From: Tubulanus polymorphus
Lineage: Eukaryota; Animalia; Nemertea
NCBI RefSeq assembly: GCF_964204645.1
Contig: NC_134026.1
Span: 10,749,950-10,813,949 of the forward strand
Direction of reading: 5' to 3'
DNA length: 64,000 nucleotides
Each line of letters starts with the position of its first letter. The first letter of the stretch is position 1. The translations under genes were made by a program, and so were the position numbers. Under the pieces are notes generated by a model that saw nothing but the letters and a program-made list of their open reading frames with translations, was not told the origin of the DNA and ran no database searches. Of this stretch, positions 55,901-64,000 are shown piece by piece.

Positions 55901-58900
55901 TCCCGGTGATTACCGCCACGTTCGCGATTGCGAGTATGGGAGTCTTCAGAATCCTACCCAGATGGCCGAGCTGGTTTTTCATCTCGGCGGTGATAACAAA
56001 GTTTTCAGTCAACTCCTTGTTTAGCTGTTCTGCGTCTACGTTAGGTCTGAACCACTTGCAGAGCTTGGAATAACCGTAGAGTATGCTGTTGATCAGACTG
56101 TCGGAAACCGCGGCAGAGTAACGGTTTTCGTACTCCGTCCACACCCAAAGCGCTTGGCATCATCGACAGGCTGTCTAGGACGATAAAGGAGATCATTTTC
56201 AAGGATTTCACCGAAAGAGAAACCGTCGTGTGGTACGATCGTTTGCAAGATTACGTAGATGGCTACAACGCTACACCTCACGGGGTTATTTCAGATATGA
56301 CTCCCGAAGAGGCCGGAGAATCCCGAAATGAAGAAAGGTTACTGTTCGAAAATATCGGCAAATCCGAACCCCCTGAGAGCCCGTTCAAGCCAGGCAACAG
56401 CGTAAGGAAAAAGCTGAAAAGACCCGCGTTCAAAAAGGGTTACAAACAGATATGGGGCCAAACAGTGCACTCCCTCGCGTCTGTGGAAGGCTTAAAAGGG
56501 GTCCTCGATAATGGAGAATCAGCTAGGTTGGACGATCTGCAACTAGTGATACCTCCAGCTGAAAAGAAGACGACGTTAGACGCTGTGTCCGTAGCCGACA
56601 AAGAGCACAAGATAGGGCTGACTATCAAGCACAAGGAGGGTTTGTCACCCGAAGCGGTAATGCCCTCAAATAGCAGATACAGCCTGCGATCTAAAGCTCG
56701 TTGAGCAATTCCTCGACGTACTCGTCCAACGGAGTCCTGGCATTTTTGTGGCCGTAAGCGAGCGTAGCGATACGCGGCTGTCAGCGTAAAGCTCCCCTTA
56801 GCGGCTGACGCAACCAGTCTGTCAAGTGGGGCCAGCAACAACTGCACAGAATCGATGAACTGCAAATTACCGAGACTGAATGAGATGTACTTCTCCATGT
56901 TATTCGGGATGCACGTTATCTTTCCTTCAGTCCGACCGATTGCCTGCATGATGAGATGAGAGTCGTAACCGCGGAGGTTGTGAAACACGACCGGTATAGG
57001 CGTGTATTTCGCGGACAGTCGCAACTTGAGGTTGCACTCGTCGTGGGCCGGGCCCCGGTAGTCACCCGTTATGTGATCGTGATCCCTGACCCGATCCTCA
57101 TAGAGTGGTTTGTCGCATACGTAGCAATTTTCCGCTTCCCCGAATGATGTTTGCTCCTCCCGAGTAGTTACCATAGGCGCGGGATGGGCGAGCACACCCT
57201 TGATTTTCTCCTCTTCCCCTTGGAGGTGCTGAAGGAATACCGCCGCAGCGTCTTGGCCTCTATAAAGGACGGGTGGTTCGTGTTTACCGTCGCTTCTCAC
57301 TACCACGTACGAGAACCCGCACGCCTCGTGAAGTTGAGTCTTTTCGCTACCTTTCTGGTTCGGGTTCCTTCCGGGGCCCTCGAATTTGGTTGTAATGGCT
57401 TCGAAGTCGGCGTAGATGACGAACGGAATCTTGAGCTGCTTGTAATGATTGGTGAACCGCAGCACTTTGTCCTCCTCCGAGGGCATACTGGTACGCATCG
57501 GACGTCCGTTGACTCCTCGACAATCTGACCTGTGCCTCTCCAGGAGATCTTCTCTGGTGAAACAATGAAGGCACCGCTCGCAGAAGTGTTTCCTCCCTTC
57601 AAACTTACTCTGGGTGAACAACAGGCGATTGAGGTCTTTGATCCATGTGTAATGCTGTTTCTCACCGCTCTCTACGAGTAGCAAGTTAATTCTAGGAATG
57701 GGGGCCTGGCCATCGCTGATATGCAGTGGGTACACGCCTTTGTCATACCCGAACACGTTGATTGCCAGTCCGTTTTGTCGTTCGACCATAGGAATCTGAC
57801 TCAATGGTGTTGGTGAATCGATGCCTGTAAAGTCAAGCTGGTCCCAGTGATTCGCATACTTCGATGGCCTCTGGGGGTCTCTCTCTACGGGGTATTTCGA
57901 GGCCAGTATTGACCACTTAAGGCAGTAATCATCTCTATTTTTGACATTTACGACGGCGTGTAAGAACCGCCTCTCAACGGTTGATATCTGGCGATATTCA
58001 GGAATAGTTCGACTACCCTCTCTACAGCCCATCCGGAACCTTCTCTCATATAATTCTCAATACTCTGTAAAACCCTAGCTTCAGCTTTACCCAACTCCTC
58101 ATTTATGTTAGCCGCCTTCGATACAACGTATTGCTTCGACCAGAAGGGCGGCTCGACGTGCGCATAGGTGCCGTCGTTCTTCTCCTTCCTCAACGAAACC
58201 CGCAGAGCAATGGAGAATTTTACACCCTTAAGGTCAATGATCTCCTCGACTAACTTCTCCCTTACATTGTTCCGCTGTCCGCGCAAGAATATCGACGGAT
58301 CAGTCACATCGGTGGCTGGTCTCAAAACCCAGGCCCTCAGATAATTTTGGATAGCAAACGGGGCCCTATGAAACGCGGGTTCTGGCTCCGGTAGATTCTC
58401 ATCCCAAATCGGATCATCGTCCGGTATAATGTTTTCTACCTTGTACTTGGGTTTTCTGGGGGCGGGTTTTGGCTTTCTCGGAGCAGGCGTCGGTCTGCGG
58501 GTCAACTGGTTGATGGCATCGGCATATGTTGCGACAGTAATCTGCCCGTCTTGAAGTAAATCGGTCAGACTTTTTACCGCGCTGTCCATTTTGCTTTCGT
58601 ATATATGAGAAATGTATGTCTCCAAATGGAAATTTTTGGGGGGCCCCCTGTGAGAAGTCGGCACACGCCGTGTGTTGGCCGGGCCTGGCCATGTCCAAGG
58701 GACATGACTCTGGTTGCCTGCCGATGTCTCGGTTGTTTGCCGGCTTCTGCTTTAGCATAGAACTTTCTAGGCTATTTCGCAATCAGTGACAATCAGGTCG
58801 CAGCGCACCGCTGATAGCGTCAGCTTAGAGGTGAATTCCAGGTCAGAGCATTTCACATACTTGTATATACTGTAAATATCTATGTAAATAACACTCTGTT

Positions 58901-61900
58901 GTAGGTGCATTATAGCGGTTGGTTTATAGGGGCCGGAGGGGGTTTGCCGGCCCCTTGGCGTGTTTTCCATGGTCCACAGGGGTTGTATTCTTAGGGTATT
59001 TAGGTGGAGATAAAGCTTTGAGAGGGTACATGGTATACCGGGGTAAGGATGGGCTGCGCCAGAACCGCGGTCCACAGGGGTTGTCTTCTTAGGGTATTTA
59101 GGTGGAGATAAAGCTATGCGAGGGTACACGGTATACCGGGGTAAGGATGGGCTGCGCCAGAACCGGGGTCCACAGGGGTTGTCTTCTTAGGGTATTTAGG
59201 TGGAGATAAAGCTTTGAGAGGGTACGCGGTATACCGGGGTAAGGATGGGCTGCGCCAGAACCGGGGTCGGGCTGCGCCAGAACCGCTATTTTGTATACTA
59301 CTGTTTCAAGGTCATTGGTTTTTGTATATGGTCACCAGAGGGCGTTGAATATTGAAATTGTTAGATTGTTGAGCATTTGAAACCACTTCCCAAGTGGGCA
59401 TGGTGTCCCTGGACCCCTAGTTTTGGGGGGAGAGTACATTGCTTGCACGTGTTTCACTACGCGGCTACGGCCACAATGGTTGCGCTATCATAGGCCTAAA
59501 TCATTTCCAAACCGCATTGTTTTGATAGCTTTGACAAAGCCATGTTTATATACTAAAACAGCTTTCCAGGGTAATATTGCATGTGAGTCATTGATTGGTC
59601 TCTTGGCGAAAAGAAGCTGCTTCATTCATGATGTAATTGATGCATCCTCGCCTCATTGCACATACGTGCAATGGCTCATTTGAATAAAGAAATCAACAAA
59701 TACAAACAAAATGGCGGTCTTTCTCGCCGATTTAAAGCTCAATTTTCGAGAATATTCATCAATCCTTCAAAACAGTGTAAAATGGATATAAAAACTATGA
59801 TTTATCTTGACTGCACAACTCTGCTGATTCGATTAAGACCTATTTGAGGTATGCACACCCAAAATTAAGCGAAATATCCCAAAAAGATAGTGGACAATCA
59901 AAAATAAATAGTATTAAGTCCTACATTTTTCTTCAGATCAATTCCAAATTTAGTATGAATGTTCTATGGACCAAGGCCTATAAAGTTATAGTTTTTTTTT
60001 TGATTCGTCCCCCCTGGGGGTGGAATTTCTCTTTCTTCAAATCGCTACTAGTCCTTCAGTTTTAATCAGATCAAATTGAAATTTAGTATGAATGTTCTAT
60101 GGGCCAAGGCCTTTAAACTGAAAGTTATAGAGCCATTTTTAGCCCACTTAGGAGTTAAGTCCCAGCGGGCTATCGCGTTCACTTTTCGTCCGTCGTCCAT
60201 AGACGGAATCCAGTTATTTTGGAAAGTTTTGAAGACGCTTCAATGTAATGTCTTGATATTTGGTTTATACATGTATCTACCCTAGACACATCTTCAGCAC
60301 AAAAACTGGCCTTCTCAGACTCAAGATGGCTGACTGGCAGCCATTGTTTTTCGCCAAATTCAGCACTTTTTACACATTTTTGAAGTTTTTGAGGGAAATT
60401 TTTGAAGGCGCTTTTATCAATTACCTTGATCTTCCAGATATATTTGTTTCCCCCAAGCGCCCATCAGCATGAGAAAAATTGGGTCGATTAGACTCAAGAT
60501 GGCCGTCCTGTGACCTATTTGGTGCCCAAAAATGTAAATTTTTGCCTGAATTCTGAGTCCTGTAACATCCTAATGGTTTGCCATTTTTCATTGCAATTTG
60601 TGATGGGTATTCTTTGAAAATAGATATTTTATACCTGAGACAGGTATTTTTGATCAGCCAATTATGACGCAATTGGCGGCCATCTTGGTGTCATCATTAC
60701 TCATACGTAGGTGGAAAAAAGTATTTCCACATTATAATGATACCTAAGCATATTTTTTTACCACAATCGATTTGAAAGTTGTACCTCATAACGTGTTATA
60801 TGATTGTGGTGAGTTTCAAGGTCATTAGTTTTTGTATATGGCCACCAGGGGGCATTGAACAATGCAATAACTTAGTATTTCTATATTATATTTGTACCTA
60901 TGCATATTTTGTTACCACAATCGAATGAAAAGTTGTAGCTTATGACATGTTAAATGATTGTGTTGAGTTTCAAGGTCACTAGTTATTTCATACAGTCACC
61001 AGGTGGCGTTGAAAAGTAGAATAGCTTAGTATTTCCTTATTATATTGATACCTAAACATATTTTGTAACCATGATCAATTGCAAAGTTGTAGCTCATAAC
61101 ATTTTCTATGAAATCTGTGAGTTTCGAAGTCACTGGGCTTTGCATATGGTCACCAGGGGGCATGGAATATTAGAATAACTTAGTATTTCCTTATTATATT
61201 GGTAACTAGGCATACTTTGTTACCGTAATCAAAAAATCGTAATAAAAAAATAACAAACAGTAGACTCTTATTTACCAAGTACCAGCAATCTAATTGGTCT
61301 CTTTTCTTTATTAGGGAATTGGCGTATATTTTCACATTCAAGAAAATACGCAATACGAATTTAGGATGTGCTATGAAAACAACTGTGAAGTCGGACATGT
61401 CACCACCAGAAATTAAAATCCAATTCGGTACGTGTAGAAATTCGTATACATGATTTTTTGAAATTTTCATAAACGATTATTTTATCACTGGGATCAATTT
61501 AGACTTGCATGATTTTAAGCCCACTTTGGACTTTAGTCCCAGCAGGCTATTGCGTTCACTTTTCTTCCGTTCGTCCGTCCGTTAGACGGAATCCAGTTAT
61601 TTTAGGAAGTTTTGAAGACGCTTCGATGTAATGCCTTGATATTTGGGTTACACATGTATCTACCCTAGACACATCTTCAGCCCAAAAACTGGCCCAGTCA
61701 GAATCAAGATGGCCAACTGGCAGCCATTGAGTTCGCCAAAATCCCACTTTTAACACATTTTTGAAGTTTATGAGGGAAATTTTGAAGACGCTTTGATCAA
61801 TTACCTTGATGGTTCGTATATATTTGAACCCCATTGGTCATTGGTTTTTGTATATGGCCACCAGGGGGCGTTGAATAATACAATAACTTAGTATTTCTAT

Positions 61901-62549
61901 ATATTTGTACCTATGCATATTTTGTAACCACAATCAATTGCAAAGTTGTAGCTCATGACATCATCTATGATTATGGTGAGTTTTAAGGACATTAGTTATT
62001 CTATATGGTCACCTTGGCATATTTTGTTACCATGATCAATTGCAAAGTTGTAATTCATGACATGTTCTATGATTGTGGAGAGTTTCAAGGTCATTGGGTT
62101 TTTGCATATGGTCACCGGGGGCGTTGAATAGTAAAGCAACTTAGTATTTCCATATTAGATTGGTAACGTGGCATAGTTTGTTATCACAATCAATTACAAA
62201 ATCGTAGCTGCTGAAATGTTCTATGATTGTGGTGGGTTACTAGGTCATTGGTTTTTGTATATAGGTCCAGGGGCGTTGAATATTGAAATTGTTAGATTGT
62301 TGAGTATTTGAAACCACCTCCCAAGTGGGCATGGTGTCCCTGGACCCCTAGTTGTTTTCATAAATTTCATTATTTTTGTATCAAATTGACTTTTTAGCGG
62401 ATGATAAAAAAGTGATCTTCAAAACAGAAAACCTGAATTCGCTCGAAATATTGCAGAAATTCAACGCAATATGTCGGGAAAAAGAACCCGGATTAATACC
62501 TCCTAAGAAAGTCAAGGCTAAATCTCCATTCTGGGGAAAGAATGTCTGA
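37960..62549 (+). CDS. MRPL53: Mitochondrial ribosomal protein L53; exons 37960-38171, 61315-61427, 62398-62549 (158 aa)
   Basis: Exon 1 ...GKNVRCANLKPVKKIEVLFDPYHQLCRSAR, exon 2 ELAYIFTFKKIRNTNLGCAMKTTVKSDMSPPEIKIQF, exon 3 DDKKVIFKTENLNSLEILQKFNAIC...V*. GT-AG junctions are phase-compatible (2, then 1) and the protein matches recalled mRpL53 motifs. Confidence 0.9.
39076..40286 (+). CDS. Harbinger DDE transposase (HARBI1-like); exons 39076-39625, 39720-39798, 39872-40286 (347 aa)
   Basis: GCIDCTH, RWPGATHDS, LGDSGY and IERTFGVLKRRF motifs; both introns are GT-AG and preserve the frame. Confidence 0.93.
40416..42062 (-). CDS. Harbinger Myb/SANT-like (trihelix) DNA-binding protein, multi-exon
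   Basis: RKRSFNYTTDE...W...VNA...RTVDEIKKKWKN...KTGGGP. Donor at 41653; last exon is a coiled coil ending ...LLKKQEI*. Internal exons are approximate. Confidence 0.85.
44831..45025 (+). mobile_element. tRNA-derived SINE
   Basis: A box TGGCTGATTGG, B box GGTTCAAACC, A tail, and 13-bp TSD AGAGATGTTGGAT. Confidence 0.85.
45520..46685. mobile_element. Non-autonomous MULE-like TIR element
   Basis: Inverted CCGGATCCGGTCAC(T/C)GACTT.TGAACGCTATTTTGCCGGAT; 9-bp TSD TAAAATAAA. Confidence 0.7.
46700..47315 (-). pseudogene. Gypsy-like LTR retrotransposon relic: chromodomain at the pol end followed by an env-like N-terminus
   Basis: Frameshifted VEKILKSRF.KG..QFLVKWK...DCTWE.E, then a signal-like stretch and IIRPGYGVLL...WKYTFIVP. 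Confidence 0.6.
48320..49050 (+). repeat. Polinton left TIR (731 bp) with four ~98-bp tandem units
   Basis: Reverse complement of 58670-59302; unit CCGGTTCTGGCGCAGCCCATCC...CCCCTGTGGAC. Confidence 0.95.
49094..51496 (+). pseudogene. Reverse transcriptase (non-LTR, RLE-clade-like) fused to RNase H1; one frame with two premature stops (50315-50317, 50486-50488)
   Basis: SAPGLD, KKGD..DPANYR, QKGF, DLKNAFGSI.H, GVFQGCPLSP, YADD and YLG (after the first stop), then RNase H VYTDGSC/NNRGEL/TDSKY/GNEMADQLA. The ORFs at 49094 and 50522 are in the same frame. Confidence 0.92.
51377..51961 (-). CDS. Polinton accessory membrane protein (hydrophobic hairpin + coiled coil)
   Basis: 194-aa ORF with a central hydrophobic stretch and KKHDEI...KLSTVSDLVSRAISDG..SDDEF, resembling recurrent Maverick ORFs. 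Confidence 0.7.
   Translation of the reverse strand: MVPTEPSAPTEDASNFQLQKICEVQKILESEGQSRAALYKKYKRAVNTIDGFDAAFVTASIAVAATGAAGLLTNIITIPVATVLGVLGVSGKIVGRKLLIKAKKHDEIRVLAFSKLSTVSDLVSRAISDGVVSDDEFKLILAEQRNYQTLKQDIKSQARKKHGSITIDEATKKDLIRQGREQARASIIKKLDGG
51990..52448 (-). CDS. Polinton hypothetical beta-rich protein (possible fibre/decoration domain)
   Basis: 152-aa ORF (VWAEE.G...GYTM...GRVL...LELAEGDVINF...IELD) tightly packed after the minor capsid gene; function inferred only. Confidence 0.6.
   Translation of the reverse strand: MNLYRGLEKTQSTTKPVTTVWAEEKGPLGEGCYELSYGDGSRAQYAGYTMMCRGRVLKMSLSGGDLTTNTTVVLTVNRVEKGEITKEARLLQGPIKPQGKGVFQAAVKTFSPPLELAEGDVINFKSSRSPATRAIATIASLHIELDIFPHSI
52451..53170 (-). 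pseudogene. Polinton minor capsid (penton)-like protein, premature stop at 52586
   Basis: YFNV...N..F, GLYTVESLN, LLG and CNLV...NG.PS motifs. The frame continues past TAA as FEYVYGVPIP...LLALE*. Confidence 0.7.
53182..54304 (-). CDS. Polinton coiled-coil/transmembrane protein (264-aa ORF plus probable frameshifted N-terminus 54038-54304)
   Basis: Coiled coil followed by hydrophobic segments LFKQEGIMLVSV and AAALPGMIGTVVSFL. Confidence 0.65.
54277..54773 (-). pseudogene. VLTF3-like (poxvirus late transcription factor 3) gene, frameshifted
   Basis: RKNFLSYGFFLNRILELHG...W motif; split over ORFs 54483-54773 and 54277-54609. Confidence 0.65.
54777..55196 (-). CDS. Conserved small Polinton protein with hydrophobic N- and C-termini
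   Basis: MATAAVIIGGAIANAVAFTGG...ERERHEKAME...DFYTPS, a pattern typical of invertebrate Mavericks. Confidence 0.7.
   Translation of the reverse strand: MATAAVIIGGAIANAVAFTGGQAIYRAVQGDSGAAQERERHEKAMERLNAAMVTWNEKRQKTLDYLNRELQKEMQTKSDFSDVDEALRLYNSTRNDKLSLSQRPVLGDFYTPSDAQLNSEYAIILGGVILTGVIAYKYL
55199..55438 (-). CDS. Small Polinton protein (79 aa)
   Basis: Tightly packed ORF in the co-oriented cluster, ending ...KILPPNI. Confidence 0.6.
   Translation of the reverse strand: MATNPDYRTIANVLYHSAVLSGLTIGYALLGKKMLRFDVGDPSKADLSEAMKLTVAVSLATISKDNLEKSKILPPNIGT
55445..56144 (-). pseudogene. Decayed small Polinton ORFs (5'-truncated 55854-56144; KSPGRVAWGKKLA-containing ORF)
   Basis: Coding-like frames in the same orientation; the 56144 end abuts the integrase fragment at a deletion junction. 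Confidence 0.5.
56146..56704 (+). pseudogene. Retroviral-like (rve) integrase, C-terminal half
   Basis: KALGIIDRLSRTIK...W.D.L...V.GYNATPH....MTP...FKPG..VR......FKKGY...W; the N-terminal catalytic part is missing. Confidence 0.85.
56780..58588 (-). pseudogene. Protein-primed DNA polymerase B, N-terminal/exonuclease half with endonuclease VII-like Zn insert; frameshift near 57960, polymerase domain deleted
   Basis: EGSGW...YQPLRGGSY, HYTWIKDLNRL, YADFEA, CYVC...VRDHDHITGDYRGPAH..CNL, FHNLRGYDSH and FIDS motifs. Confidence 0.92.
58670..59302 (-). repeat. Polinton right TIR (633 bp) with three ~98-bp tandem units
   Basis: Near-identical inverted copy of the left TIR, exactly one unit shorter. 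Confidence 0.95.
60136..61230 (+). mobile_element. HINE-like family copy, 3'-truncated
   Basis: TTTTTAGCCCACTT start, GTCC repeats, ~120-bp array. Confidence 0.78.
61513..62352 (+). mobile_element. HINE-like family copy filling most of MRPL53 intron 2
   Basis: Both diagnostic ends are present. Confidence 0.8.
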
Positions 62550-64000
62550 TGTTGACTTTTAGAATATTATCTTTTCCTTAAATGCTGCAAAGAATTTTAT
62601 CTATAGTGTAAAAATAGTTGTAAAATAAATACTTTTCATGGTATATTTTTCTTTGTGTCACTGATAGTCATTGTTTGGTCTTTTCATTTTTTGAGGACTG
62701 GATCGATAGCATGCTGCCAGGAGTCTAGTCTATTTTCACGATCGGATATTTTTCGGTAGGCCTTGCTTCCGTATATAAAAGTTCCAGGGGCAGTTGACTG
62801 TGCCTGGGCATTGAATAGAAGACAAGGAAATGCATTTCTCATACGTCAATCGGACACATTAGCGAGATTCCATCCTCGGAGATATTGATACATGCCGGCG
62901 CTAAAAGATGCAAATTCCGAGAAAATGAGTGTCAAGTCTTGGCGAAAAGGGCAACCAGTGGGAAGGCAGGGATCCGCAGGAACCTCCCTGACCACCGCAT
63001 CAGCCAAACGTGCGGGGCTACGAGCGTATAGTGCGTACGGTTAATTTTGCCGTTTCGACATCTCCCCCTAGTAGTACGATAATTGTAGTAAGGTAGGCCT
63101 ACTTATTTTTGACCCCGACCGTGTACTGCATTTTAAAGGACCCCTCAACCAACTAATTGTACGCTGAGAATTTAATACGGTTTAATAGCGACGATGTGTC
63201 TAAACTTAGATACATCGTCGCTACCGTATCTATTTTAAACTTGTATGAATTAAATCTTATGAGTGCATGAGAGACTGCAATTTAATGAAAATAAATGGAA
63301 AAGGACCCCAGAATTTGTCGAAAATGTTTATTAACTTTTGATTACTATCGATCATCATTATATTCATTGACAGATTTTCAATAAGTTGTATGTGGAGGTG
63401 AAATTCTGGATATGCGCATATTTGACTGCGTACTATCACGATGTTTTGAGGGAGCGCAAACAATTTGTTTAGCGTTATCACTGTTGAAATGCGCAAGTAA
63501 GAATTAAAAGTGATAGGCTTGTAATGATTTATCGATATAAATGTTCCAGTTACAGAAAAATTTGTCTTTTTCTACCCATCTCCGATAGAAAGGTCAGTGC
63601 CATAACGCATCAATAGCTGTCCTCTGGCAGCCATCTCTGCTAGAAAAAGTTTTGTCACATGATAGGTTCGCACAGACACCCATCATTTCTTATGTCTGTA
63701 ATGAATATTTTGGATGTATGTTTTGATTGTTTCATCGCTTTTGACATTGGAATATCAATGTTTTTTAAAATCAGTACCATAACGCATGCATGGTAGAATG
63801 GTGTTCATAACAACTGTAGCCCATTTAAAGAAAATTGATAGATACCACATTTCTACGTCAGTCCCATATGGGAAAATATATAACGGGACGCGTATTTTTC
63901 AAATATAAGATTTCTTTTTACTATCCTTTGTCTCTAGATAGGTGTATACTGTGTTATTTAAATCCCCATTAACTTTTGCGATGAATGAACTCTTCAATCA

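Larger units (their letters stand above)
48320..59302. mobile_element. Maverick/Polinton (adintovirus-like) element, internally deleted and decaying
   Basis: AGTAGTATAC...GTATACTACT termini, GTTTCA 6-bp TSD (48314-48319, 59303-59308), long TIRs, remnants of pPolB, rve integrase, minor capsid and VLTF3-like genes, and higher GC than the flanks. Confidence 0.95.
47316..59424 (+). mobile_element. Same HINE-like family, interrupted by the Polinton
   Basis: The repeat unit ...TGAGTTTCA | AGGTCATTGG... resumes after the TSD and ends GGACCCCTAGTTTT. Confidence 0.8.

Noticed and set aside
56440-56770. C-terminal part of the 530-aa pPolB ORF
   Set aside because: Read-through past a deletion junction into the antisense strand of the integrase; not polymerase sequence.

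Overview
AT-rich, TE-dense animal (invertebrate-like) genomic DNA; the species cannot be determined from the sequence. Host genes: a three-exon MRPL53 gene on + (37960..62549) with a ~23 kb first intron, and at least four exons of an uncharacterised low-complexity protein on - (11578..19835). MRPL53 intron 1 holds an apparently intact autonomous PIF/Harbinger transposon, a Gypsy chromodomain/env-like relic, and an 11 kb internally deleted Maverick/Polinton (48320..59302; AGTAGT termini, long TIRs, 6-bp TSD). The main observation is that this Polinton carries, packed like one of its own genes, a non-LTR (RLE-clade-like) reverse transcriptase fused to a cellular-type RNase H1, with no visible endonuclease, tail or TSD. 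Also notable are a nest of TAYGG-ended, 6-bp-TSD (IS3EU-like) elements and a very AT-rich virus-like cassette of zinc-finger ORFs plus an NCLDV-type HNH pseudogene, closed by a long hairpin. All family assignments come from motif recognition by eye; no database searches were run.
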